A stretch of 36,695 bases of DNA from Intoshia linei (taxonomy: Eukaryota > Animalia > Orthonectida). How positions within the stretch are numbered: position 1 is the stretch's first letter; each line of letters opens with the position of its first letter. The DNA is taken from the NCBI GenBank assembly GCA_001642005.1, contig LWCA01000250.1, positions 1-36,695 of the forward strand. The letters are read 5' to 3'. This document shows positions 23,601-35,965 of this stretch, piece by piece. Under the pieces are notes generated by a model, which was not told the DNA's origin, did no database searches, and saw only the letters and a program-made list of their open reading frames with translations. A program made the position numbers and the translations under genes.

Positions 23601-26442
23601 ATCAACCAATATTTTTCAAATATTTTGATTAAAATGTAAATATTGATCCTACAATTTCAAAAAAAATGTGCATTGAACGTCTACACATTTCCAATTAAAT
23701 ATAATGAAAATTTATATAATTCATTCCTTCGCAATTTTTCAATCTCAAATTTTCATTTTTAAAACATTTTGTTTAAAATTTAAATTAAAATTACAACAAC
23801 GAATTACTAAAAATAATACTCCTACTTTGTACTACTGTGTTATTATTATTTTTATATATATTACAATCTTTTGCAATATTGGTAAAATTCATCTGGAATA
23901 TGTTTATATGCTATTTATGAAAATTTGTAGGATTGGACTGTTTTTACTTTATTTTTAATATTATACACACATTCTATCTAATAAATTAAAAAAATGGGAC
24001 AATAATTGTTTTTAAAATTCTTTATGCAAATGTTAAAACAAAATTAAGATGGAATAATTCACTTTAAAGTAAAAAGTAATGTGATATGAGGTTTTACCTG
24101 AAACAAGATTGGGAACCACTCTTTTAAAGGATTGTATAATAGTGAATATATATGTAAATACATACATAGATAATAGTGAATACATATGTAAATACTTACA
24201 TAGATAATAGTGTAGTAGGATTTTTAAGTTAGATTTTCAACGTGAATTTTTTTGGTGGAATAAAAATGTGCCCTCGGTAGAACTAGGTATTGTTTGTACG
24301 TAGTACATAACAGTCAACTTAGTTTGGTTTATAAATATGCAATTTTAAAAAAGTTACAATTAAAAAACTATCAAAATAATTAAAAAAAGTTATTATTTTT
24401 GTGTTAATATTTTCATAACATTTTTTTGCTAATATTTAAAACGAAATATTAGATCTACAGCCAAATTATTTGATAAATAAATTAAATCGCACTACCCAAC
24501 ATTGTACAATTTTCTATAATTATGTTATTACAACACCTTTTAAATTTTATCATTGTGCTCACTATTGCATAATATAATATTCAATACTTACTAAGTGAGT
24601 ATAAAGGATAATTATCTTTTACATTAAAATGTAATGTCTGTCTATGTGTTACTGTTTATTTAAAACATTAACAGTCCTAGAATTTAAACAAACAACATTT
24701 CTATTACAGTGTTTCGCGGGGATGTTTATATCTATTTTTCATTTTTCGAATTTGAGCTCTTTAGGGTTAAAACCACAATTTGCCCTTTGTTGTAAAAATT
24801 AAATGAACCGAAAAATTTAAAATAACATAAATTCTGGAACCAATTTTAAAAGCATTAACATTTTCGTAAATCTGAGCCTCAGAAACGCAAACCTTCAAGA
24901 TCAAAACGACACATTACCCTTTAATTTAAAAATGAGAAAAGTCCTATAATTGTACGTGTAATTTTGTTGTAATGAAATGCAATACATTTATTTATTAGTT
25001 TATTTAAATTCATCATTTATAGAGCAAACCCAATGCAGAAACACCAATGGTGGAATATAAGTATTATATAGAATTAGACCTACCTAATAATTACAATGAT
25101 GAAAAACCAATATCAGAGTATTCATTTGCCACGCCATCCACAGATTTAAAACCAGAAAATGAGTCACTAATATCACAACAATCTGCAAAATCAATAAAAT
25201 CTACAAACGCATCGCGTAATCGTTCTCAAGGTCGATCTAAATATAAAACGCCCTCAAAATCTAACGATAAAGCCAATATACCAAAAATAGATTTTTTTAT
25301 TATAGAAAATGATGATGGGTATATTCTTAGAACCAAAATGCTTTCTTTAACGGATTTTAACGAGAAAAAGTTTGTAAATCAAATAAAAACAAACAATATA
25401 TTACCCATCAGAAATTGGTTTAAAAACATAGTAAATGTTAAAATTTGTCGTCAATCGGTAATTTATATGATAAATATCGATTTTTTAAGTAATAGTCTAA
25501 TAAATGTTGATAATAACCTATTTAGATCGTATATACTCAATTACAAAAACGAAATTCTTCTCCAGTAAACGCAAAAAAAGTTGACCCAAAAAATGTTAAT
25601 ATATTTTAAAGTTTACCATGTATTAATTATGTGAAGTCATTTTGTATTTTGTATAATACTTTGTAAAATAATGGGTAATAAAATTGTACTTTACGTTTTT
25701 GACTGAAGTCTTCAGTGAAGATGCAAATTTATGAGGTTAAAATCTTTTACGTATAAAAAATTAACTTTTTTCAAATAATGAGAATGTATACAAATGTTTA
25801 AAAAAAGTACTTTTGGTTTGTCACACTCAAGGACTCAAATTTTGAAAATGAAATGCTCACTAAAACTTTGCTCTCGAAAAACTATTTAATAAATTGGTAT
25901 TTTTAAAACGGCACAATGTGCAGTGCACATTTTACTTTTTTGAATAAATCGTAACAGACAAACAGATAGATTTACACTAAATTACTTCATATAAGTTATG
26001 ATTGATTTATATTCATGTAATTAAAAAGTTTTAGGACTTGACAAAAAAACAAAAAAAAAAAAAAAACGATGATTTTGAAATGCAAATATCAGAACCCATC
26101 TATGAAACCCTTGCCAACTACAAAATAAACCTTTCGTCTTTATTAGATGGAAAAACTAAACATCATGAATCAACTCCATCTCAACAAAATGAAATGGATC
26201 CAAAAACTGCAACATCAAAAGAAGAGCCGAAAGGTTGTCAATATCTTATTAATAATATATTAATATAATTAGATAAAAAGTTGAACATTAAAAAGAAAAA
26301 TAACAAAGCAAACATGACAAGTATGGACGCATCAGTAGAAACAATGACATATGAGACGAATTTTAATCTGAATATAGATTTAATTCTATGGCAAAGTACA
26401 TTGGAGGCACTAAGATATTTAAAATTGGAAAATCAATTGTAA
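20618..26442 (+). CDS. LRRC43: Leucine-rich repeat-containing protein 43-like
   Basis: Spliced LRRs LQTLVLSANYL, LELCANRL, LQYLGLSWNRF, WQHLYFLDLSYNNITDL and LRMLCLMGNPIS, followed by the cap EYRIYIIDYLNKLSYLDE and a Lys-rich C-terminal region. About 9 exons; stop at 26440-26442. Confidence 0.82.
22971..24322 (+). mobile_element. Non-autonomous Helitron, long variant, in an LRRC43 intron
   Basis: A|TCCTTACCTATATAA 5' end. The 3' end gtacataacagtcaacTTAG|T is homologous to that of the 5673 copy. Contains internal repeated units. Confidence 0.72.
24615..24950 (+). mobile_element. Helitron 5' fragment
   Basis: A|TCTTTTACATTAAAATG..GTCTGTCTATGTGTTAC, colinear with 5673-6000. Confidence 0.7.
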
Positions 26443-26512
26443 ATTGTAAGTGTACAACAAATAAAGTTTTAACTTTTAAAATCGATTATGTACTTATGGT
26501 TATAAAGCATAC

Positions 26513-26974
26513 ATGACACAGTCAAAACTATTTGGTATAATAGCAGATGAAGTAAATATACATAATAATTAACCATTTATTAGGATACGTGTACAGGTTT
26601 TTTATTGGGAGGAATCGGGCACATAAATAAAGCGGAATCAAATTTTTTCATAGTTCGAAAAGGTGAATAAATTATGAATGAATGAATGAAGGACATTGTA
26701 GAAACAAATGTAAAAGATATTGAGAAAAAGTTTAATCGACTGACAAACCGATCGGACATTGCCATTTTACTAATAAATCAATACATTGCAGACATGATTA
26801 GACCAACAATTAATAAGTTGGACATTCGTAGCACTATTCCAGTTATTGAAATTCCTAGTAAAGATACAATTTACGACCCCAACACGGACCCTCTTCTCAG
26901 ACAAGCAAAGGTTATTGAAAAAATTAAAAAATTAACAATTAATTTAGAAGTTTTGTGGGGGTGAATACAAATAA
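26513..26974 (+). CDS. ATP6V1F: V-type proton ATPase subunit F, 4 exons
   Basis: Exons 26513-26551, 26584-26662, 26702-26910 and 26948(or 26951)-26974. Motifs: KLFGIIADEDTCTGFLLGGIG, RSDIAILLINQYIADMIR, IEIPSKDTIYDP. Confidence 0.96.
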
Positions 26975-26984
26975 ATTTTAATAT

Positions 26985-29900
26985 TTATTTATCAGCAATT
27001 GTTAGAATCTCTACATTACATAATAATGAGATCAGCAATCGTTACCATTAGTAGCCTTTTCGTTCCATTGTCTCAAAGTTGCTTTTACCTCATCTTCCCG
27101 AGCTGCTTTTTCCTCAATCATCAGTTCCATATAATATGCATCCTCGTCAAAATTATCATTTAACTTTTGATTGGCACTTGATTGGAAGATTCCTTTTTCA
27201 GCGTTTTGTTTTCTTAGAGACAATATTTCCAATTTTAAAATTTTAACCTCGTTAGACTTGTCTGTCATGGCCTAAATTGATACACGTTAATTAGATTGAT
27301 ATTAAAAAAATTACTGATATTTCTGCCTTCAAATTTTTAATCTCGTTAACGCTGGAATCGTACATTTTTTTTAATTCGTTATGTTGAGATTTAAGAGAGG
27401 TGAATACTTTGTTAAGGCCTACCAATCTTGCGTTAGTGTTTTGCATATTCAAAATTCTAGTTCTCGCTTCATTGAGGTCATTCAAGTACTGGGCACTGTT
27501 TATTTTGCTAGATTCAATTTTCTAAAAATTTAAATTGATAATTTAAAAAAATTTAAATGATTACTCCCATCAGACCCTTTCTTTCCTCATTAAATTTTTC
27601 CAAAAGATCAATTTTATTATTTGATATACGGGCCATTTCTGTTTTGGATAAAATTATTTCTTCTTCCATGGCTTTGCTTTCTTTTCTAAGACTTTGATGT
27701 TTTTCAGATAATGTGGTTAAAGCTTTTTCCATTAATTTATTGTTGTATTCTAAAGCGTTCTGCTTGGACTCTGATGAAGCAATTTCGTTTCGTACATTAT
27801 CCAATTGACTCTAAAAAAATATAAATTAATGTGATTTTTTTTATTTATTAATTTAATATTTAAAAATAGATACAAACACGTTTACCTCTAATTTTGCAAT
27901 ACATTCTTTATTTTTAATTTCCTTCTTTTCTAATGCTTCAATAATCGCACTGAAACTTGTTTCCTGTTCTTCCAAATTGAGTGATAAAGTTTTTATTGTT
28001 TCATCCTTGTGTATTACATCTATTTTCAAGTCTAGATGAGCTTTTGCAGTTGCATTTGTCGTTGCCTATGACGTTTTAGACTTGTTTAAAACATTGTTTA
28101 CCTCATATTCCTCCAATTTATCGTTCATAACCATAATTGTCGATTTTAATAACGTTACTTCTTCCTGGAGACCGTGCTGAATGTTTTTAGATTGGTCAAG
28201 TTGTGCGTACACTGTTTTTGATTCGTGGAAGTGCTAAACTGTGTTTATTAAAAATTTTTTAAATTTACCATAGATTGCTTTGCAGACATTTCTTTTTTTA
28301 TTTCAGCTACTCTCCACCTTTCTTCGTCTAATTTACTGATTTTATCTAATAGTTGTAGTTCGCTCTTCTATGTTAATATTTTTTATATAATTTTTAACAT
28401 AAAAAATAATAATTAGTGGACATTTTAATTAATTATTTACTTTTTTTTCATCGCAAACTAACTCATATTTCTTTTTTAAGTCCGAATGTTGAGTTTTTTC
28501 TTCGTCACGTTGTATTTTTGTTTCATTATATAAATCTAACAGTGTAGCTCCTTCAAATTTAAGTGTGGAAATTTCTTCATTAGCGATTTCCATATCATCT
28601 TCTAGTAAATTATATTTGGTTTTGATTATAGTCAAATTATTTTCATCGTCTTCATAAGTGGAGAAGTCACCAATTTGGGTTGTTTCTACTTGTTTATTTT
28701 CATTTTTTTGTAAACTGAATGGATAGCTAATAGAAAAAATTTCTTCTTTTTCTGTATGATATACTACTTGACAAGTATCAGGTATTTTGTCAATAGTAGA
28801 CACTAAATATACATTTTATTAATATTATAAATAAAATATTAAATTAATATACATTTGTATGCATTTATATTTGCATTATAAAATATAAATTTAAAATATA
28901 GAGACTAAAAATGGTAATTTTCAAATTGTCGGGCAGCCAGAAATGCATCTTTCGTAAAAATTTTAGTTAATTTTTCAACACTAAAATCTCCGACACATTT
29001 GGATCCCATAAAGGTGGAAAAAATTTAAATTATTGAAAATAATTCATAGATTTACTTAGAGAGATACCTTTACTTATATAAAATTGAATGTGTATCTGTG
29101 TGTTACCGTTATTTAAAAAATTATTAGTCGTAAAATTTAAAAAACCCATTTTCTAATGAATTTTTTCGTAGGTGATGTTCATATCTATGTTTCAATTTCA
29201 GAAATTCAGTTCTTCAGGATTAAAAACCCAATTTCCCTTTTTTTTTAAAAATAAAATCAACCCTAAAATTTAAAAAAACGTAACATTCTGGGACGCGTTT
29301 TAATATTATAAGCATTATCATAAATAGCAACCAAAGAAAGTGCAGTTTCACTATCAAAACCACAGATTACCCTTTATTAAAAAAATGAAAATAGTCCTAG
29401 AATTTTTAATAAAATTACAGCTGATACAATTAAATCCAGTTAACACACAAAAAAATTTCAATTCTGACAAAATGACGCCTTTACAGTCAAAAAAGACCTT
29501 TTATATTAATTTTTTTATTTGAAAACTATTTTATTAAAACAGGGTAAACAAAACAAAAAATTAATGTTTTTACTTTATTTTTAAACATTTTAAAATGCCT
29601 CCCAAAATGTACGTTTTATTAAATTTTTGGGTTGATTCTATTTTGATTCAAAATGGCAAATTGGGTTTTTCACCCCGAATGACTCAAATTCAGAAACTGA
29701 AAAATAGATATAAACACACCCTAGGAAAAACAGTATTAGAAATTATGTTTTTTTAAATTCTACCACTGTCAATTATTTAAATAAACGGTAACATACAGAC
29801 ATTCAATTTTATGTATATTTGCTTTAATAAATCCATATTATTTATAATCTAGTTCAAGTATGCACAACCTGCGGCCTTACAGCCAGAGCCGTTTTAAGGC

Positions 29901-32192
29901 ATGGGAAATATGGACTGTAGCCATGGACCCCTTATTAAAAAAGGCTTCCAAATTAATAACTTGTGACTGCATAGTGCATATTTTGAAATGAAAAAGTAAA
30001 CTTTGTTCATTAATTAATGTAAGTAGGTTTTGTAAAATAAATAAAAGTTACTAGAAACCTACATAATATCTTTTAATGTTTTTATTAATACTGAATGAAA
30101 TAAGACGCTAAGTCTCCAACCAACAGTATGTCCTGTCTTCTAAACAGGGAACCTATTATTATTTTTTTTATTTCTTCGCTCGAAATTTTAAAGGTCCCGG
30201 CACTTTGCTTAGCCCAGGGCCCCGAAGTGGCTTAAGACGGATCTGCTTACGGCCGCATGCTGCCGTCAGAGCGTTTATGTGCGGCCGTAGGCAATGCATG
30301 TCATTATAATGCACTATATCATTTTACTTCAAATTCAAGGGAAATAATTTTATCAAAATGGATTTAAACTCTCTCAATGTTAAATTAAATTTTGTGTGGC
30401 CGTAGTATCAATGAGTAAAGTAGTTTTGCGGCTGAATTAATGGAAAGGTTGCGCACCCCTGATCTAGTTATTCTATATATCAAAAATATAAGTAGTTTTT
30501 GAAAAATAAGTAGATTAAAACGCTTTATAATGTTTTTTAAGTACATTTAGTAATACATTTAGTATCAATTTTAATTTATTTTTAATAAATTTTAAGGCTT
30601 AAATTAAAGTGACCAGAAAAAATACGTACTATCACTTTTAGTTTATTTGGAATAAATTTTAAGCCGAAAATTGTTATTCGTCAATGACGAATATTTAAAA
30701 TTATAAATTTAAATAGATAAGTAGTTTTGACTTTACATTACACCAAATAAACTAAAATTGATAGTATTTATTAAATCTGGTCACTTTATTTAAACTTTAA
30801 ACATCGATAAAATAAAAAGTAAATGAGCAACAATTGAATTTTAAGATACAAAATGAATAACCAAAGATGGGGATCAACACAAGACCACTCAAACCACAGT
30901 TATCATACCCCATGATAACATTACATAAAATAAAGTTATGTTTTAATTTTTGTAGAACATTTTTGTATGGAATCTTTAAAATGGCAAGCCCCTCCACAAA
31001 TTTTTATCTAATTGAATTATTTGTTTGGTATTGTCCTAACTTGTATATTATTCAATTGTAATGTATATTACCTGAAAAAACTAAAAAATTAGCAAAACAT
31101 GAAACAATATCGGTAGTATCAATTATTAATTACAATTATTACATTCGGCGTTAGCTTTGATGTGTACTATGACATTGATTATATTAACCTTCCAATATCA
31201 CTGAGTTATATTATATCGTGATAATACATCAACAAACTGATATTACATTGCCAATATAAACAAGATTGAAAATTTAATAAAATAAATTAATAGAAACTAT
31301 TAAAATGGATTCAGTGAACTATGCTTAGTTGTTGATTGTTTATCTTAAATATGTATTAAAATACGAGTGAAATTAAGAAAATATAAAACTAATCAAAATG
31401 ACTACCACTTTAACATATACTTGACTGTCTTTATAAAATTTAAATAATGAGAAATTCAATAAATAGATTCAAGATAATCGTATATTAGTACAAATATATG
31501 GCATAAAATATAACTGTAGGAGATGCAATATATCTATTCTATAGGTGTGATACATTAGGTAAGTCTGCTCTTCAACCTTTTTTATCTCACGGGACACCTA
31601 TTCATTGTATTCATGTTCACCTAATTACTTCATACGATCATTGTACACTATAATGTTCTCGGAACAATAGTAGAATAGCAGTATACAAATAATGTCAGCA
31701 TATATAAGATGATACTTAATGTGTAAAACAACTAAAAACTTACAATCCATTTTGACAAGGTAGCAATAGTGGCTATAATCAGTAGTACTATGCCCTTCAA
31801 CTACTTTTGTATTTGATTTACACTTAGTACACTGTAATTTTTCAGAATTTTCCATGCTAAATGCGGCAACTCTGTCAGCAAATTTATCCGACTCGACAGG
31901 GAATATAGCTACATGGTCAAATGCTACAACGTCTTCAAAAGATTGAAGAGAAGCTTGTTGGGCTCTATATACAAGAAAATTTTTGCTTATGTGTACATGA
32001 AGTTCTATAACATCATCACTTCTGTACTGTTGATTAACATTGTCAAGAAAAATCTAATATAAAATTAAATATAATTTAAATGAGGATAATAAGACTTACG
32101 TTTTCATTAAAGTCGATTTCTTCAAACCCCTCAGATATACCAGTTTCACTAGCTATGCTATTCTTTTCCAATTGTATATCACTGTCATCCAT
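26985..32192 (-). CDS. SKICH-domain plus long coiled-coil protein, TAX1BP1/CALCOCO-like
   Basis: Exons 32192-32100, 32053-31744 and 28802-28441, then coiled-coil exons down to 27046 and a tentative last exon 27010-26985. SKICH-like motifs: IFLDNVNQQY, DHVAIFPV, CQVVYHTEKEEIFSISYPF. Splice phase is conserved across the 2.9-kb intron. The ATG directly follows an AG, so an upstream exon may exist. Confidence 0.65.
29067..29520 (+). mobile_element. Helitron 5' fragment
   Basis: CCTTTACTTATATAAAATTGAATGTG..GTGTTACC, colinear with 5673. Confidence 0.72.
29560..29817 (-). mobile_element. Helitron 5' fragment, inverted
   Basis: ggtaacatacagacattcaattttat is the reverse complement of the family 5' motif. 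Confidence 0.68.
29855..30461. mobile_element. hAT MITE (CAGGGG-type) with a perfect 8-bp TSD
   Basis: ATCTAGTT at 29847-29854 and 30462-30469. Ends CAAGTATGCACAACCT / AGGTTGCGCACCCCTG. Confidence 0.85.
29884..30245. mobile_element. hAT MITE (CAGAGCCG-type) nested in the previous element
   Basis: TIRs CAGAGCCGTTTTAAG / CTTAAGACGGATCTG. TSD cttacagc / cttacggc. Confidence 0.85.
30605..30788. mobile_element. Foldback MITE (copy 2, opposite orientation to 12642)
   Basis: TAAAGTGACCAGAAAAAATACGTACTATCA..CTGGTCACTTTA. The interior is homologous to copy 1, with an extra stretch. Confidence 0.85.
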
Positions 32193-33649
32193 CTAAGAGA
32201 AAAGTTAGAAATGCAAGTTATTAAGTTAAACAAAATAAATATTTTATTTGTATTTACACTGTTACTAAAACCATACTTGAATATATGCGCAATACGTACT
32301 TTTATTTAATGTAAATTACCTTTTCTCAAAAATTATTTATAATATATTTAATGTATTGTAAATAAATCTGATCTACAAACTCCATTCTTATTTGGACTGC
32401 TCGGCAACTGCACTCAGATTCAATGAAAATCCAACTAATACCTCTGAGCTCATTTTAATGATTGCTAGGATATTTTCTACATTGATTTTAAAATTCTACG
32501 GAACAGGCTGTAATCAGACTCGTGTTTACTTTTAGTCATACAATAAATATATCCTTTAGTATACATGAATTACTACATGTAACGTGTGATTAATAAAGTT
32601 ACCTGTTCCCCTACTTGTTGTTCCACATTTTAGTTGTATTTGCTAGTCAGTGCATTATAAACGTAACGTGCATGATCAACAAAATGTATCGAGTTTTAAT
32701 TAAGGATTATTTTATATTGTTACATTAATATCACAATGATTGGTACAGTCTACAATACAGTGAATCATAAAAGTTTTACTATTTTGCTACATTTTACATC
32801 CGGTATAAATAATAAATTATTATTTATGAAGTCTTATAACATAAATAATTTAATTTGTCAAACAAATTGTCATTATTAAATGCGAAATTAAACACGACAT
32901 TGTAAAATACTTACACATTACAAAATATAAATGTCGATGTGTATATTTGATATTTATATAGCTTCGTTATTTCAATTTATGTTCTTTATTTCCTATTATG
33001 TATTGTATTCATATAAGTAAATTATGATTTCTACAATAACTTTTAAAAAATTTGCATATTTTTTATCATTTTTTGTTGCAGTTTTAAGTCATTTCAATTT
33101 TCAATTTGAAATTTAAAGCTTTTTTTATAAGTAGTAACTTGGCTTGATCATAAATATTAATAAAATAATTAAATAAAACCGCTGCTCCTAAAATAGAACA
33201 ATGGAGGTTTCCCAATAAGTTTTTACACTTGTAAGTAATTTAATTTAATACAAAATAATTTACTTTTATATGATTTGCACGTTTTATATTAGCATTTCTG
33301 AGCCGTTATGTTTTAAAAACGACTTTATGTTACTGAAAATGTCTATAATATGTAATAAATGTATATAATTTTCATGGAGCCCAAAAAATGCTGTGGACCT
33401 CAAAGGGGTCCACATGAACACCGTTGAGAATGGCTGATATACATCACGTAGAAGTATAAAAACAAATTCTATTATATCATATCTACATGATTTTAGAAGT
33501 ATGAGACGTAGTATTTTTCCATTATTGCCTAAAAAATAATAAGATCAAATATAGAAATAGAACTTAAAAGATTCAATATTGACGACAATTTTAGTGAAAA
33601 AAAACAAACCAACAAAAATAATAATATATGTCATTACATTGAAAATTAC

Positions 33650-34243
33650 AAAATAAGTTTTTATAATTTTATTTTTTCTGGAATTTATGCTATTTATGAC
33701 AAATTTTTAATGAGTGTTTTTACTTTATTGTTAAGATTATACAACTCATTCTGTCTAATAAATTATTTCTTTAATTTTATTTTTTCTGGAATTTATGCTA
33801 TTTATGACAATTTTTAGGATTGGACGTTTTTACTTTACTTTTAATATTATACACACATTTTGTCTAATAAAATTGGACTGTTTTTACTTTATTTTTAATA
33901 TTATACACACATTCTGTCTAATAAAATTAAAAAGTTTTAACTTTATTTTTAATATTATACACACATTCTGTCTAATAAATTAAAAAAATTGGACAAAAAT
34001 TGTTTTTAAAATTCTTACGCAAATGTTAACAAACAAAAAATTAAAATGGAATAATTCAGTTTAAAGTAAAATATAATGTGATATGATGGTTCCACCTGAA
34101 ACAAATTTGTGAACCACTCCTTTAAAGGATTGATAATAGTGAATAATAGGATTTTTAAGTTAGATTGGATTGATTTTTTTGGTATAATAAAAATGTTCCC
34201 TCGGCAGAGCTATGTGCTGTTTCTACGTAGTACATTACAGTAA
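33650..34243 (+). mobile_element. Helitron 3' portion containing a ~54-bp tandem repeat (about 3 copies, ~33826-33981)
   Basis: Colinear with 23890-24320. The unit tactttatttttaatattatacacacattctgtctaataaa is single in the 22971 copy but triplicated here. Confidence 0.75.
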
Positions 34244-34509
34244 ACCTAATATACATATATAATATTGATCTGATAAAATATGTAGTAAACAATTAATAAT
34301 GTACTGTAAACAATACCTGAAAAACATGTTTAATTTTGGGAACATTGACGGGTTAAAGATAAATATTAATAGTTCATCAAGTTTATCATTTCGCAAAAAT
34401 AGAGTACTCCATGTCTTTTGACCATCATTCGTTTCACCCAAATGTAATGATTCATTAAAAATTGTCATTATTATTAATTTTTTTGGGATCCACAGCGAAA
34501 AAGAGTTGA

Positions 34510-35636
34510 GAATGCCCGATTTATATCGTTTAAAAATAAAGTCATAAAATTGTAGGGAAATAGATGTATTAATTGATTTAAGTTTTTTAAGTAAAAATTG
34601 CATAGATGATTCTGCATCAAAAACATTAGTATTTTTATAGCATATATTTTTTGTAACAACTTCTATAGGACTTAAAACATTGATAAGATGTTGTAAAGTA
34701 GTTAATTCTGTTTTGTTAATTGTATACGTTGATCTAATTACTCTGAGAGCTTTATGTATACAATTATTTAGTTTTATAAACCGTGTTATCATAGGTAATA
34801 CACTATTCCATTTAATTTTAATGTCGATTAATAGATTCATTTCTTTACCAAATTAGCCATAAACGAAATCTTGCAATTTTTCGTTTTTAATCGAGAATTT
34901 TCTAAAAATTTTACTAATTGTTCGTACTTTATATATATTTTTTTTCATAGTTTTCGTTTAATTCAAGATTAGTTATGTTTTCAATATATTCGAAATCGTC
35001 AAATTCTTCTACATCGATGTCTTCACTTTCAGCATCTGAATCCGAAAGATTATTATCATTATTTGAGGTGTATAGTGTATCACTTATCGCTAAATGGATT
35101 GTGTGAGCTACATTTTGGTATACAGATTTGGTCAAGTCGTTCAATATCTTTTCCAAATTTAATTATAACTGACGCTCCATCTGTTGTACATCCAACTATG
35201 TGTTTATTTAGATAAATATTGAATTCTTTTAATTTTTTGGAAGTATTTCAATCAGTTTAGTACTATCAATTGATCCATTTAATTTCATAAGACCTAATTA
35301 CCAATGTTTTGCTTTCTTATGAACATTACTGTTTATGTAGCGTTTGTTTTTAATGGAAGTGTACTCATCTAGGGTTAGGGAATACCTAGTGCTCAATTCA
35401 ATTTGTTCTTTCAAATATTTTTGTAATTGTTGTTTTTGGTCAGCAGCAAATCTCAAAATAATATTTTTTACGGAACAATGACTCTTTGGTGGTAAATTAT
35501 CATAATTATATTTTTTAAAAGATTCCTGAATCAATGAACTCTTGGCTATAACATTAAAGCTTACATCTTTACAAGCTAGTCGCGCAACATCTTCATCTAT
35601 AGATATTTTTGTTAAATAATTATCTATCATTATCAA
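34510..35636 (-). pseudogene. Decayed hAT transposase
   Basis: Ordered motifs across frameshifts: ARLACKD-VSF, RYSLTLDEYTS, VGCTTDGASV, AHTIHLAI, LIDIKIKWNSVLPMITRF, VLSPIEVVTKNI. The C-terminal dimerisation domain is missing. Confidence 0.88.
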
Positions 35637-35965
35637 TTTTTTTCACAGAAAGCCTGGGGTTTTATACGCTAATACTGATTTTAAAATCATAAACATTATC
35701 ATAAATTTAAATTTAAAAAAATTATATCTTCAAAGTCAAAACCATAAATTACCCCTATTTTTTTAATAAAAAACCCTAGAATTTTACAGGTTGTAAAGTT
35801 GTATCCTGTTAACACATAACAAAAATCGCGTCGCATATTATATAAGTTAGGATATACATTAATATATTTATATTAAATATTTTGTATGTTTAAAGCTGTA
35901 TATACTTACATGCTTATTTATATTCAAATCTTATGAGATATTCATTTTAATTTAAAATATAAATA

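Noticed and set aside
32320-32640. Exon-like segments upstream of the SKICH gene
   Set aside because: The minus frames contain stops and no consistent coding model emerges; it may be 5' UTR.
33795-33983. ORF with a triple FNIIHTFCLI repeat
   Set aside because: Translation of the 54-bp tandem repeat inside a Helitron; not a gene.
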